Part shown: positions 45,919 through 54,135 of the stretch, in pieces
How the letters are laid out: every line of letters starts with the position of its first letter
Numbering within the stretch: position 1 is the first letter of the stretch
IMG/VR virus record: IMGVR_UViG_3300044212_000014
Coordinates: 1-64,000 of that record
Source of the DNA: a virus
Taxonomy: Duplodnaviria; Caudoviricetes
Reading direction: 5' to 3' (one strand)
DNA: 64,000 bases
The notes under the pieces: generated by a model
What the model saw: the letters and a program-made list of their open reading frames with translations, nothing else
What the model was told of the DNA's origin: nothing
Databases searched by the model: none
Position numbers and translations under genes: made by a program

Positions 45919-47439
45919 TTAACCTACCTGAGTGTAGTCATACCCATTAACTTGAGGGCTTTCGAAATCAGCGTCAAGTTCTGCGATAAAATGCTCACAA
46001 TTTCCATCCTCAACAGCAACCTCTCTGATGTCATCCCATCCGAAATTGCTTTTACCACTCTTAGCCGTTAGTGATAGGGCATGAGCAAACTCGATAATGG
46101 CCCACATGTGACTTGCTTCGTTTGTTGTCTTAAAGAATCGGAGTTCCAAGTTACTAGAGTTACTAAGGTTTACGGCGGAACAATGCCGTTCCAACGTATC
46201 AATAACCCCGCTTGTACTAAGCCCATCAACACAGTGATGTTCGCAATACCCAGTTCGGTTTGGATTACGTCTACCAAACTTTATGCAGTCTGCATAGTGA
46301 GTCATTACGAATACCCCAATTTCAGCAACCGCGTCTTTACCTAGCGGTGCGTTAGAGATATGAACATGGATACCTGAGCTATCATCCGGCGACAACCCTT
46401 CTTTGTTTAGAATGTCCATGTATGTATCCAAATCCTGAGTTTGTTTCCAGTACTTGAATGTCATAGCGTCACTGATAATTTCCATCCCGTCATGCACGGA
46501 AGAATCTGTTTCTATCTTCCGACTGAACATATCGGTTAATTTCTTAGCTAAATATCCGTTCCGGCCTACGTTTGGCACTTCATGTTCCACGCCAATGTAG
46601 ATATTCTTGCTAAGTGGGTTCCCCCTGTTACTACCGAGACTGATAAACCGTGGGTCTCTACTGCCATGATAACCATGGATATAATCTGTGTAACGTTCCC
46701 CGAAGCAGGAATGGCACCACACTTCCCCACTCTCTTCATCTGTCTCCATCTGATCGGCAAGATGATAATCTCCGCAATTACTGCACTGTAAAATTTCTCC
46801 TCTCTCTACTGCGGTATGTAAGCATGACTGGCAATACCACTGCCCGTCTACCACTCTCATATCAGACTTCTTGTGCCATTCTCCGCACGCGGAGCATTGC
46901 TTGTATTGTGTTGCGCATTTTGCGCATATATGATGAGTACCGACATCTTTCATTTCACTTTCTGGAACCCATTTACCGCAATCAGGGCATTGTACAAAAC
47001 TAGCTCGGCATGTTTCACAAATATAACCATTATGTTCTGTAGCTCCAAGATCATCAAAGTCATGTAACTCTCCGCACACGGAGCAAGCAATCTTGAATCG
47101 ACTCAGATCACTCAGATTTACAACAAACGGACGATCTTCCCATTCAATCAGCGCCAACTTATATTCATCATTTACTGCCAAAACCTTAACAACTTTTTTT
47201 TCACTCATATTGTCTTCTCCTATTGTAATTTTATCCAAATGTGTAATATCTATAAATAATCCTCTGTTGCTTTTTATCCTACCTAGCAAGCTATTACCCA
47301 TGAATGGCTTTTCTCCGAAAGGGAATACCACACAGGCAAATGGTTCTGAAATGTCTATAACAACCCCCTGTCTGCCAACCCACTCATTAAATTCGGGGTC
47401 TGCTACCCTTATAATATCTCTAATATTAATGTCTTCCAT
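45919..47439 (-). CDS. Putative amidoligase (COOH-NH2 ligase-like) with N-terminal tandem CxxC zinc-ribbon repeats
   Basis: IGVEHEV, ETDSSV..GMEIIS, SGIHVHIS, AVNL...LELRFF; about 8 CxxC pairs upstream. Confidence 0.8.
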   Translation of the reverse strand: MEDINIRDIIRVADPEFNEWVGRQGVVIDISEPFACVVFPFGEKPFMGNSLLGRIKSNRGLFIDITHLDKITIGEDNMSEKKVVKVLAVNDEYKLALIEWEDRPFVVNLSDLSRFKIACSVCGELHDFDDLGATEHNGYICETCRASFVQCPDCGKWVPESEMKDVGTHHICAKCATQYKQCSACGEWHKKSDMRVVDGQWYCQSCLHTAVERGEILQCSNCGDYHLADQMETDEESGEVWCHSCFGERYTDYIHGYHGSRDPRFISLGSNRGNPLSKNIYIGVEHEVPNVGRNGYLAKKLTDMFSRKIETDSSVHDGMEIISDAMTFKYWKQTQDLDTYMDILNKEGLSPDDSSGIHVHISNAPLGKDAVAEIGVFVMTHYADCIKFGRRNPNRTGYCEHHCVDGLSTSGVIDTLERHCSAVNLSNSSNLELRFFKTTNEASHMWAIIEFAHALSLTAKSGKSNFGWDDIREVAVEDGNCEHFIAELDADFESPQVNGYDYTQVG

Positions 47440-47447
47440 TTATCCTC

Positions 47448-47729
47448 CTATGAAAATAATTCCCCCCATTCCTTGTCTATAGCTCTAATCGAGAACATCC
47501 AACATCTATCACAATCGGCATTAGCGGGTATGGTGCAGATGTTGTCTGGCGGGCATCCATTGTGGAACCATGTACTATCGTCCCAGTTTTTATTTATTAC
47601 TATATCTGAATAATAAATCTCCGTTGTTCTTATTGTTGTTCTCCAACCCTCTAAAATACTTCGTTTGAAAACCATAGACCTATATTTTATAGTCAACACC
47701 TTTAACCCAATCCTTGATATCTCCTTCAT
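47448..47729 (-). CDS. Cys-motif small protein 1 (C..C..CxxCW)
   Basis: GCPPDNIC......DCDRCW. Confidence 0.6.
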   Translation of the reverse strand: MKEISRIGLKVLTIKYRSMVFKRSILEGWRTTIRTTEIYYSDIVINKNWDDSTWFHNGCPPDNICTIPANADCDRCWMFSIRAIDKEWGELFS

Positions 47730-47748
47730 TTGTCCTCCTCTCGCCTAT

Positions 47749-47776
47749 ATTATATCACGTCCATATGATTTGTCAA
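47749..47776 (-). promoter_or_regulatory. sigmaA promoter inside the early region
   Basis: TTGACA-16 bp-TATAAT with extended TG on the minus strand. Confidence 0.65.
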
Positions 47777-48012
47777 GTAAAAAGTTTTTTTATGTCCTCT
47801 CTCACCTCTCTCTTTTTGGTGTGCCAACAAGCGCAACAATTATTTACAAGGCAACGATTAACATTATCATAGTCGGCACAACAAGTCTCTTTAAAGCCAG
47901 CTAGAATCTCATTTTCAATTCTAAACCACGAAGATAACCCCCCACTTTCTCTATAACTTCTAGCAACTACGGTTAGTTCGATTAGCTTCCTTCTCGACAT
48001 GTTTTTTATCAT
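47773..48012 (-). CDS. Cys-motif small protein 2
   Basis: TCCAD...RCLVNNCCACW; GAGGT RBS. Confidence 0.6.
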   Translation of the reverse strand: MIKNMSRRKLIELTVVARSYRESGGLSSWFRIENEILAGFKETCCADYDNVNRCLVNNCCACWHTKKREVREDIKKLFT

Positions 48013-48275
48013 GTATCTACCTCGTAAAAAAGCGTATCTATCTCTTTTTTTACCACGTTTAGGGACAGCTCCCAGCAATCTTTGCATTGGATATTGTCGC
48101 AAGCGTCTGGACGATAAGAGTGGGCGCAAAGACAATGGCGAATTCTATCAAAACCCATTTCTTTCATAGCGCTAATTGGCCTCTCTAACATATCTTTGTC
48201 ACATACGTTATCCCTATAGCTTCTTATGAGAGTGGTTAATATTACCATCTGATAACGGCTTAATTTGTTCTCCAC
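48009..48275 (-). CDS. Cys-motif small protein 3
   Basis: HCLC...ACDNIQCKDCW. Confidence 0.6.
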   Translation of the reverse strand: MENKLSRYQMVILTTLIRSYRDNVCDKDMLERPISAMKEMGFDRIRHCLCAHSYRPDACDNIQCKDCWELSLNVVKKEIDTLFYEVDT

Positions 48276-48281
48276 ACCTAA

Positions 48282-48560
48282 TCACCTTTTCCCCAACAGC
48301 TTGTTATTCTCTTTCTGCCTTTTTAATACTTTATCTTCCCAGCAATCGTGGCACAATATTCTACCACAGGGATATCTCGGTTCGCAACAGCCAATTATAC
48401 CCCAAGGTAATCTCCCATCTCGGTACCGTTTTTTAGCCATGCTCTGTATACTTTCCCACGTTTTGCCTATGTATTGTGGAGTTATTTCTTCCCCAGCCCG
48501 CTTACTAACTTCTACCCATATAGATAGTATAGCGAGTTTCCTACTGTTCGTTAGCCTCAT
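48282..48560 (-). CDS. Cys-motif small protein 4
   Basis: GCCEPRYPCGRILCHDCW. Confidence 0.6.
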   Translation of the reverse strand: MRLTNSRKLAILSIWVEVSKRAGEEITPQYIGKTWESIQSMAKKRYRDGRLPWGIIGCCEPRYPCGRILCHDCWEDKVLKRQKENNKLLGKR

Positions 48561-48918
48561 CACCAAAATCAACTCCTAACAACTTATACTCCTTTTCTAT
48601 TTCAAGTTCCTCTTGCTTAAAACATCCCATGCAACCTCCTTCTGGACACTCTGCGCATATATGTTTTGTTCCATCAGAGAAGTATTTAGTATAGAGATTG
48701 GTACAGTTACAGCCGTGATTATGCCAAGCCTCAAATTTGTCATCCCAATAATCATCCATAGCTTCTTCTACTATATTCCCGAAGGTGTGGCCTATCTTAT
48801 TCATTTTTCCGCACGGCCCTTCATTTGACGGTGGCATCCCCTCTTCCCTTCTTAGCTCCGCCATCCTAATTTTCGCCCTCTCCATACTCACGATATATAA
48901 TATTTGTTGTCTATTCAT
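48541..48918 (-). CDS. Cys-motif small protein 5
   Basis: HGCNC...CAEC...CMGCF...YKLLGV.FGDE. Confidence 0.65.
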   Translation of the reverse strand: MNRQQILYIVSMERAKIRMAELRREEGMPPSNEGPCGKMNKIGHTFGNIVEEAMDDYWDDKFEAWHNHGCNCTNLYTKYFSDGTKHICAECPEGGCMGCFKQEELEIEKEYKLLGVDFGDEANEQ

Positions 48919-48927
48919 TATACCTCC

Positions 48928-49236
48928 TTATTCGTCGCCAAATGGTACCCCCAGCAACTTATAGTCTTCTTCTATTTCTTTTCTATCCTCATCAAAACAC
49001 TCCTTACAAGCGCCGGAATAGTCCCTTGTGCAATCACCTACCATAGATATCCTCCTACAATTACATCCGTGTCCCATGTCGGCCTTAAAGTTACTCTTCG
49101 CATCAGCATAGGAAACAAGTTCATCAAATGTCATCCGCGTGGAATCATTCGGCCCTATGTTATCTAATCCGAGTTGTTTCTTCCTTCTTTTTGCAAGCTC
49201 CATGCACACTAAGTATAATATTTTCTCTTGTTCCAT
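48928..49236 (-). CDS. Cys-motif small protein 6 (close paralogue of 5)
   Basis: HGCNC...DC...ACKECF...YKLLGVPFGDE. Confidence 0.65.
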   Translation of the reverse strand: MEQEKILYLVCMELAKRRKKQLGLDNIGPNDSTRMTFDELVSYADAKSNFKADMGHGCNCRRISMVGDCTRDYSGACKECFDEDRKEIEEDYKLLGVPFGDE

Positions 49237-49245
49237 TTGCCCTCC

Positions 49246-49473
49246 TTACGAAAGGTGATATGCTAGAGTTTCGGGGTCGCGAGAAGAAATGTAGTTAAAC
49301 ATCTTTTCTGCGGAAGAAAACTGAATGCTTCTACCTTTTGTTTTTACGTAAAAAGTACCTTTATACTTCTCGAACCGAATCCCAGCCTTGCGAAATTTTC
49401 TTTCAAAAGACAATGACTTTAACCAATACTTACGGTCAACATATCTCTTTTTTAAAATAAACATTGTTATCAT
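49246..49473 (-). CDS. Small basic hypothetical protein
   Basis: GAGGG RBS. Confidence 0.5.
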   Translation of the reverse strand: MITMFILKKRYVDRKYWLKSLSFERKFRKAGIRFEKYKGTFYVKTKGRSIQFSSAEKMFNYISSRDPETLAYHLS

Positions 49474-49507
49474 CCCTCTTTCTTTGTGTATTATACATCA
49501 CATATGA

Positions 49508-49771
49508 TCATCTGTCAAGGAAAATACGTTTAAATTCTTTCGTTTTTTTATACTTATTTATTGCGTCCTCCCAGCATCCAGTACACCCATTGCCGCGACA
49601 CCGTATTGGAGGGCAGTAATATAATCTTGCCGTTCCAATAAAATGTTCTAGTCTTTTCATCCTCGGGTTCCCCAGTATTATATTTGCGACCCGAAATGTA
49701 GTTTTCATTTCGGCATTTGGTTCGTTCCTAAAACACATAGTTAGAACCACCAAAACGTCATTTGAATACAT
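49508..49771 (-). CDS. Cys-motif small protein 7
   Basis: YCPPIRCRGNGCTGCW.AI.KY. Confidence 0.6.
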   Translation of the reverse strand: MYSNDVLVVLTMCFRNEPNAEMKTTFRVANIILGNPRMKRLEHFIGTARLYYCPPIRCRGNGCTGCWEDAINKYKKTKEFKRIFLDR

Positions 49772-50091
49772 TACATCACCTCATATATCTCCCGATCTCT
49801 TTTATAAATTTTTGATTGATGATATTTTTTTATGGCCCCCTTCCAACATTGGTGGCAACTATAATAAGAGGAGCATGGGAGGACGCGCTGATTATCGCTA
49901 GGGCAACCAAAGTGTACGATTCCACTGCCCCAAATAAAATAATCTGCGATAGCTTTTATTTCTCTCTCGATCGGTAGTCTAGGCCCTGTATAATCTCTAC
50001 AAATTAAAGTCATAATCTCTAAGGCTTCCTTTCCAAACTCCCTTTCCATATCTCCTCCTAGTCTACATACGTCCCGTATATAATTCTCCAT
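49771..50091 (-). CDS. Cys-motif small protein 8
   Basis: GCPSD....PCSSYYSCHQCW.AI.KY. Confidence 0.6.
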   Translation of the reverse strand: MENYIRDVCRLGGDMEREFGKEALEIMTLICRDYTGPRLPIEREIKAIADYFIWGSGIVHFGCPSDNQRVLPCSSYYSCHQCWKGAIKKYHQSKIYKRDREIYEVM

Positions 50092-50273
50092 TCCGTTGTA
50101 ACAGAGGGGTTTTCTGTGGCATCTATTCTAGCCATCTCTTTCATTGCTGGTATACCAACGTCAAGAGTTTTTACTCTGAGTACAGTCGTCCATTCGTCCT
50201 CATGGTCATACGGAGTATCATATGACCGTTCCCGCATTTGTATTGAAACGTCCATGTTTTGTAAGTCAAACAT
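50058..50273 (-). CDS. Small acidic hypothetical protein
   Basis: GAGGTG RBS. Confidence 0.5.
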   Translation of the reverse strand: MFDLQNMDVSIQMRERSYDTPYDHEDEWTTVLRVKTLDVGIPAMKEMARIDATENPSVTTEWRIIYGTYVD

Positions 50274-50286
50274 TTAATATCACCTC

Positions 50287-50385
50287 TCAGTAAAGGAACT
50301 TGCAAGCCAAATACATAATATATAATATTGTGTATGACAACACTAGCCAAGCCAGCGCATAAGCAATATTTTGTTTTGTAAACAT
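50287..50385 (-). CDS. 32-aa single-TM peptide
   Basis: MFTKQNIAYALAWLVLSYTILYIMYLACKFLY; GAAGGT RBS. Confidence 0.4.
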   Translation of the reverse strand: MFTKQNIAYALAWLVLSYTILYIMYLACKFLY

Positions 50386-50386
50386 T

Positions 50387-50746
50387 TTACTTACCTTCTT
50401 TCCAACTAATTGATATTTTCGTCCGCCCACCGTAGTCTATTGGGGATTTACTAATGACATACCACATCTGCCGAAAATACCAACATATTTTTTCTATCTC
50501 CTCGTCAAAAAGATCATCTAAGTATACCTCTGTTATGTAATTACCTTCGTCTACCGCTTCCATTATTTTTACGCTGATCATATCTATACTGCGGTAATTC
50601 TTCCTACCGTGAAAGAACGGTATGAGATATACTATCTGATTGCTATATTTTTTTTCTATGTATTTATTTCTTTTGCTAATCTCGGATATCCTTTTTTTAT
50701 TATTATTCGCTATCGCTAGATTCCTAGCTTCTTCCGCATTTATCAT
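50387..50746 (-). CDS. Hypothetical early protein carrying a 16-codon insertion copied from the portal gene
   Basis: GGGAGG RBS before MINAEE; paralogue of 50743-51036. Confidence 0.55.
   Translation of the reverse strand: MINAEEARNLAIANNNKKRISEISKRNKYIEKKYSNQIVYLIPFFHGRKNYRSIDMISVKIMEAVDEGNYITEVYLDDLFDEEIEKICWYFRQMWYVISKSPIDYGGRTKISISWKEGK
50588..50635 (+). repeat. 48-bp exact direct repeat of portal gene positions 59734-59781
   Basis: ACTGCGGTAATTCTTCCTACCGTGAAAGAACGGTATGAGATATACTAT occurs at both sites with different flanks. Confidence 0.9.
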
Positions 50747-51036
50747 TTCGCTCCCTCCCAACCGATTTTTAAAATATATGTATGTTCCCTCTCTGATAGT
50801 ACATATGCCATATATCCTTTATCTTGTAAGTAATCAACAATATCATATACGGTTTTTCTATTAAAATCCTCAATAGTAAAATTAGTTTCGCTTTTCCCGT
50901 CCTCTGCCGTCTTAAATATTTTATCATCTATCTCAGACAATATAAGTGAAAATGCTTTTTCAAGTAGATAAATGCGCATTTTCTTTGTATCTATTGCAAC
51001 TTGAGTCTGTATCCATACTTCTCCCGCTGTTCTCAT
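50743..51036 (-). CDS. Hypothetical early protein
   Basis: MRTA.E...G...L..KGY...I.W family pattern. Confidence 0.55.
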   Translation of the reverse strand: MRTAGEVWIQTQVAIDTKKMRIYLLEKAFSLILSEIDDKIFKTAEDGKSETNFTIEDFNRKTVYDIVDYLQDKGYMAYVLSEREHTYILKIGWEGAK

Positions 51037-51389
51037 TTAGAATTCCTCCTATATAATTCGTCGTGGTCAATTTCGCGCTGTTCGGCAGGTGCGGATGTAA
51101 TTATTGTAGGGGGATAACCAACAACTTCGTTACGTATTATTTCATATACCGGATACATTATATGCTTGTGCATTAGATATAAGTTTTTTGGCGAGACTTC
51201 CGATTTTAGATTTGTTACGTCCTTAACTTTAGTATATCCTAAAGTTACAATGTTGTCAAGTGCCTCCTCTAAGCTTTCAATTCTCTTATGCAATTCTCTT
51301 ATATAGCTAAAATTTGAGTCGTATAGTTGTTTTGTGTATTTCTCTTGATAATCAAGTTCTCTCATAACTTCTTTTCTAAACATAAACAT
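51033..51389 (-). CDS. Hypothetical coiled-coil protein
   Basis: GGAGG RBS. Confidence 0.55.
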   Translation of the reverse strand: MFMFRKEVMRELDYQEKYTKQLYDSNFSYIRELHKRIESLEEALDNIVTLGYTKVKDVTNLKSEVSPKNLYLMHKHIMYPVYEIIRNEVVGYPPTIITSAPAEQREIDHDELYRRNSK

Positions 51390-51437
51390 TGTAATTCCTC
51401 CTATTCATACAATACCGCGTATGGCATTATCGTCATA

Positions 51438-51755
51438 TCACACCTCTATTTCATTCTCGATAACATAATCAACCAACTGGTCGATATCAATAGGGCCGTC
51501 CATGTCTCCAAGGCTATTAAAGCTAGTGGCTTCACCGTTGTCTTTGATATAAACATAGTCGTCACCATAGCGATATCGCTTACTTTTCACGATCCCCATG
51601 AGTTCGGCTCTGTTAAGGCCATTAAGGAATGTATCATTGTTAAAATCTATTCGTTCCCACCGATTATCCTCAGCGAACTTGTTCCAATTATATATAAAAT
51701 CATCCGGTGTCATTTGTAAAAGTCTTGATTTAATCTCATTTTTGTCTGCAATCAT
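51438..51755 (-). CDS. Acidic hypothetical protein (paralogue of 54499-54801)
   Basis: WN...RI..N..F.N...V...Y..DD.....SFNSL.D..P.D..L. Confidence 0.6.
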   Translation of the reverse strand: MIADKNEIKSRLLQMTPDDFIYNWNKFAEDNRWERIDFNNDTFLNGLNRAELMGIVKSKRYRYGDDYVYIKDNGEATSFNSLGDMDGPIDIDQLVDYVIENEIEV

Positions 51756-51936
51756 GGTAATACCTCCTATATATCTAACTTACGTTTTTTAACTTCTTTA
51801 GCTTTAGGCTGGGGGAATCTAACCTTAGTAATGTCAACCTTTGTTATATTTCTTGTATCTCTCATTTCTAGGTAGTATTCCCCTCTCCATACAAATATCT
51901 TACCTTTTCTCCCGTTCTTAAATTGGATAGTCATAC

Positions 51937-52692
51937 CTATTTATCTAATCTAGCCTTTTTGCCAAATAATCTAGGCAATGCCACACAAAACACACCATAA
52001 TCAAGGCTAAAAGTATCTTTTGGATTGCAAATTGCATATGAGTTAGCCCTATGCCCATTTTTAACCTTTGTTAGTCGTATTTTTTTACCTTCTACGTGTA
52101 CCAATATATTATCCGGCAACTGATAGTTATGTTTAAGTTTTAATACTGATTGGGACGAAAACGAGCCTATATTATCAAGATCAACCACCTGATTGCCGAT
52201 AATATTTCTAACTACCGACATCCTACCAATAAACGCTTTGTTGAGAACTTCTAATAACACTACCTTATCACCTTTGTGTAATTCTTCTCCCTGAACGTCA
52301 GTAACCTTTTTGATAACCTCATATTTTTTAAACACGTTTTCCGGCATTTTTGCTGTCCTACTTGAGTTTATGTCCTTTATGCACATAACAGCTTCGGAAG
52401 TTACGTCATAACGGGGGGATAGCATTAGGTCTTCTTCATCAAAAAACCAGCAATCATGATATTCGCTAGGCTTACCCTTATATCTTTTATGGGTTTTAAG
52501 CCCCGATCCAGTATGCAATATAAGGCCTTCATTTTCAATAAATACCAAAGGATATTTAACAAGATATACATTATCCTCATGTTCGGTATAATATCCTTGT
52601 ATTACCCCGTGGCGACCCCTCAGCATCATATCGGCGCCTTTAAGTCCCCCTCTGTTTTTCGCAAATACGCGATCTCCTAGTTTAAATTTCAT
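51937..52692 (-). CDS. Hypothetical protein with SH3-like N-terminal repeats
   Basis: MKFKLGDRV...G.I; C-terminal AICNP.D.F...G..VAL.RL. Confidence 0.6.
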   Translation of the reverse strand: MKFKLGDRVFAKNRGGLKGADMMLRGRHGVIQGYYTEHEDNVYLVKYPLVFIENEGLILHTGSGLKTHKRYKGKPSEYHDCWFFDEEDLMLSPRYDVTSEAVMCIKDINSSRTAKMPENVFKKYEVIKKVTDVQGEELHKGDKVVLLEVLNKAFIGRMSVVRNIIGNQVVDLDNIGSFSSQSVLKLKHNYQLPDNILVHVEGKKIRLTKVKNGHRANSYAICNPKDTFSLDYGVFCVALPRLFGKKARLDK

Positions 52693-52704
52693 TTTTATTT
52701 CCTC

Positions 52705-52884
52705 CTATTCAATTAAGAACTCATCATAACCGCATGTTATGTGGCATTTGCTTCTTTTCTTTATATTCCATTGTATCGCGTCAATATCTTGACTATCTAA
52801 AGTATAACAGTTTTCGAGTAGCTCGTCAATACAATGGTTTAAGCTTCCTTGTGTAATTACCCTCCCGTTTATTAATAGCTTCAT
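52705..52884 (-). CDS. Small hypothetical protein whose RBS is stem II of hammerhead HH1
   Basis: GGGAGG upstream of ATGAAG (alternative start at 52893). Confidence 0.55.
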   Translation of the reverse strand: MKLLINGRVITQGSLNHCIDELLENCYTLDSQDIDAIQWNIKKRSKCHITCGYDEFLIE

Positions 52885-52894
52885 TTTAATCATC

Positions 52895-52963
52895 CTCCCT
52901 CATCAGTGCCATATAGCCTATGGCATACGTGAGAGTATGCGTCTCCTCTTCACGTTTCGGGAA
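52895..52963 (-). ncRNA. Type II hammerhead ribozyme HH1
   Basis: Minus strand: UUCCC-GAAA-stem III (CGUG.AGAG/CUCUCACG)-UA-stem I (UGCCAUA/UAUGGCA)-CUGAUGA-GGGAG. GUA triplet; cleavage predicted between 52926 and 52925. Confidence 0.9.
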
Positions 52964-53076
52964 ACAGTTCTCGTACTGTCAGACGATAATAGATTTGGGA
53001 ATAAAGTAAGTAGTTTGACGCATGAACGGTTTTAGCCCCGTCAGGCACGAACATTAAACTGCTACCTCATGTTTCT

Positions 53077-53105
53077 ATCATATCATATTCTATTGGCTCT
53101 GTCAA
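53077..53105 (-). promoter_or_regulatory. sigmaA promoter upstream of HH1
   Basis: TTGACA-17 bp-TATGAT on the minus strand. Confidence 0.75.
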
Positions 53106-53207
53106 TATAATCTTGTAAAGATTGTAGGCAAGGCGGCAAACAATAATTCACATTCTTACATTGATGATACCATACGTTTATACCGTCGGACTTCTCGCGC
53201 TGTACAT
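53083..53207 (-). pseudogene. Small ORF with an apparent 1-bp deletion near its start
   Basis: Strong AAGGAGGTG RBS gives MYSARSPTV*, while a shifted frame continues EKSDGINVWYHQCKNV...RI*. Confidence 0.4.
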
Positions 53208-53233
53208 GACGCTCTCACCTCCTTTGTGCGTGT

Positions 53234-53497
53234 CTAGTACCAGTCGTCATTGTCATAATATTTTTTCACATCAGCCCCCATTTCAGAGAGAGCTTTTAAG
53301 CATTGTAACTCATGGTCTACACAACCTCTGAAAATGATATCTCTTGTTCCCCTAACACTCACATCAATCCCCTGCATAGCCATCTCCGCCATGGCATTTG
53401 CAAAACAATAGTCCTCATGATTTAGCCCAATGCTGTTAATGATATCCCCTAATTCTTCCGGTGTATAACTCAATTTCTTTCCCATTTTATCCTCCAA
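53234..53497 (-). CDS. Hypothetical protein
   Basis: ORF in the early operon. Confidence 0.55.
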   Translation of the reverse strand: MEDKMGKKLSYTPEELGDIINSIGLNHEDYCFANAMAEMAMQGIDVSVRGTRDIIFRGCVDHELQCLKALSEMGADVKKYYDNDDWY

Positions 53498-53753
53498 TTT
53501 TTACAAAATATAAGCAATCTAAGCCACGTTCCCACGACCGGATATTTTTGGTCGCAATTTTAACTTCATCATTGAAGTCCTCTTTTGTAGTGCCAACCAA
53601 AGTAAACTCAATGGGACTAGCTATTTGTATATCGTCGTGATTCATGTACACTAGCAAGGTATTGCCTTTCTTAGCGTGTCGATATGCGGCATTTTTAGGT
53701 ACTCTCATATATTCCTCGCCGTCTTTTATGACTCTCATTTCTTTAAACTGCAC
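53487..53753 (-). CDS. Hypothetical protein
   Basis: GGAGGT RBS. Confidence 0.55.
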   Translation of the reverse strand: MQFKEMRVIKDGEEYMRVPKNAAYRHAKKGNTLLVYMNHDDIQIASPIEFTLVGTTKEDFNDEVKIATKNIRSWERGLDCLYFVKIGG

Positions 53754-53767
53754 TTATATACCTCCTA

Positions 53768-54121
53768 TTACCAATGGAATTTACCTTTTCCGGGCTTAAT
53801 TACCCAATTCGGATAAAAACCGCCTCTTTCGTTTAGGTATAGAATCCCTCTTATTTTCTCTTGTTTACCTCTTTTACCAACGATGTTCGTAGGCTGAACA
53901 ATATTGAAAACATCTCTAATAATTCTTTGTATACGCCCCGTTGTGACACTATATTTACGGTCATCAAACCTAGCAAATTCTCCGTCCGTCCTAAATATCT
54001 CTGTTTGATATGACTTAATAACATACTCATTATCATCCGTATAGTATGCCGAGACAGACTCTCCTACGAATGGTACGCTGTGTCTGATTTTATCTGGCAT
54101 ATCTTTATATGTAGTTTTCAT
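53768..54121 (-). CDS. Hypothetical protein (SY.T.I...YS.TT.R.Q phage family)
   Basis: GGGG RBS; motif typical of phage early proteins. Confidence 0.55.
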   Translation of the reverse strand: MKTTYKDMPDKIRHSVPFVGESVSAYYTDDNEYVIKSYQTEIFRTDGEFARFDDRKYSVTTGRIQRIIRDVFNIVQPTNIVGKRGKQEKIRGILYLNERGGFYPNWVIKPGKGKFHW

Positions 54122-54135
54122 TTTATTACGCCCCC

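Noticed and set aside
52990-53065. Twister-like ribozyme in the HH1 leader (UAA after a stem, possible GAC/GUC pseudoknot)
   Set aside because: Loop 4 size and the conserved AAG/GC positions do not match the twister consensus
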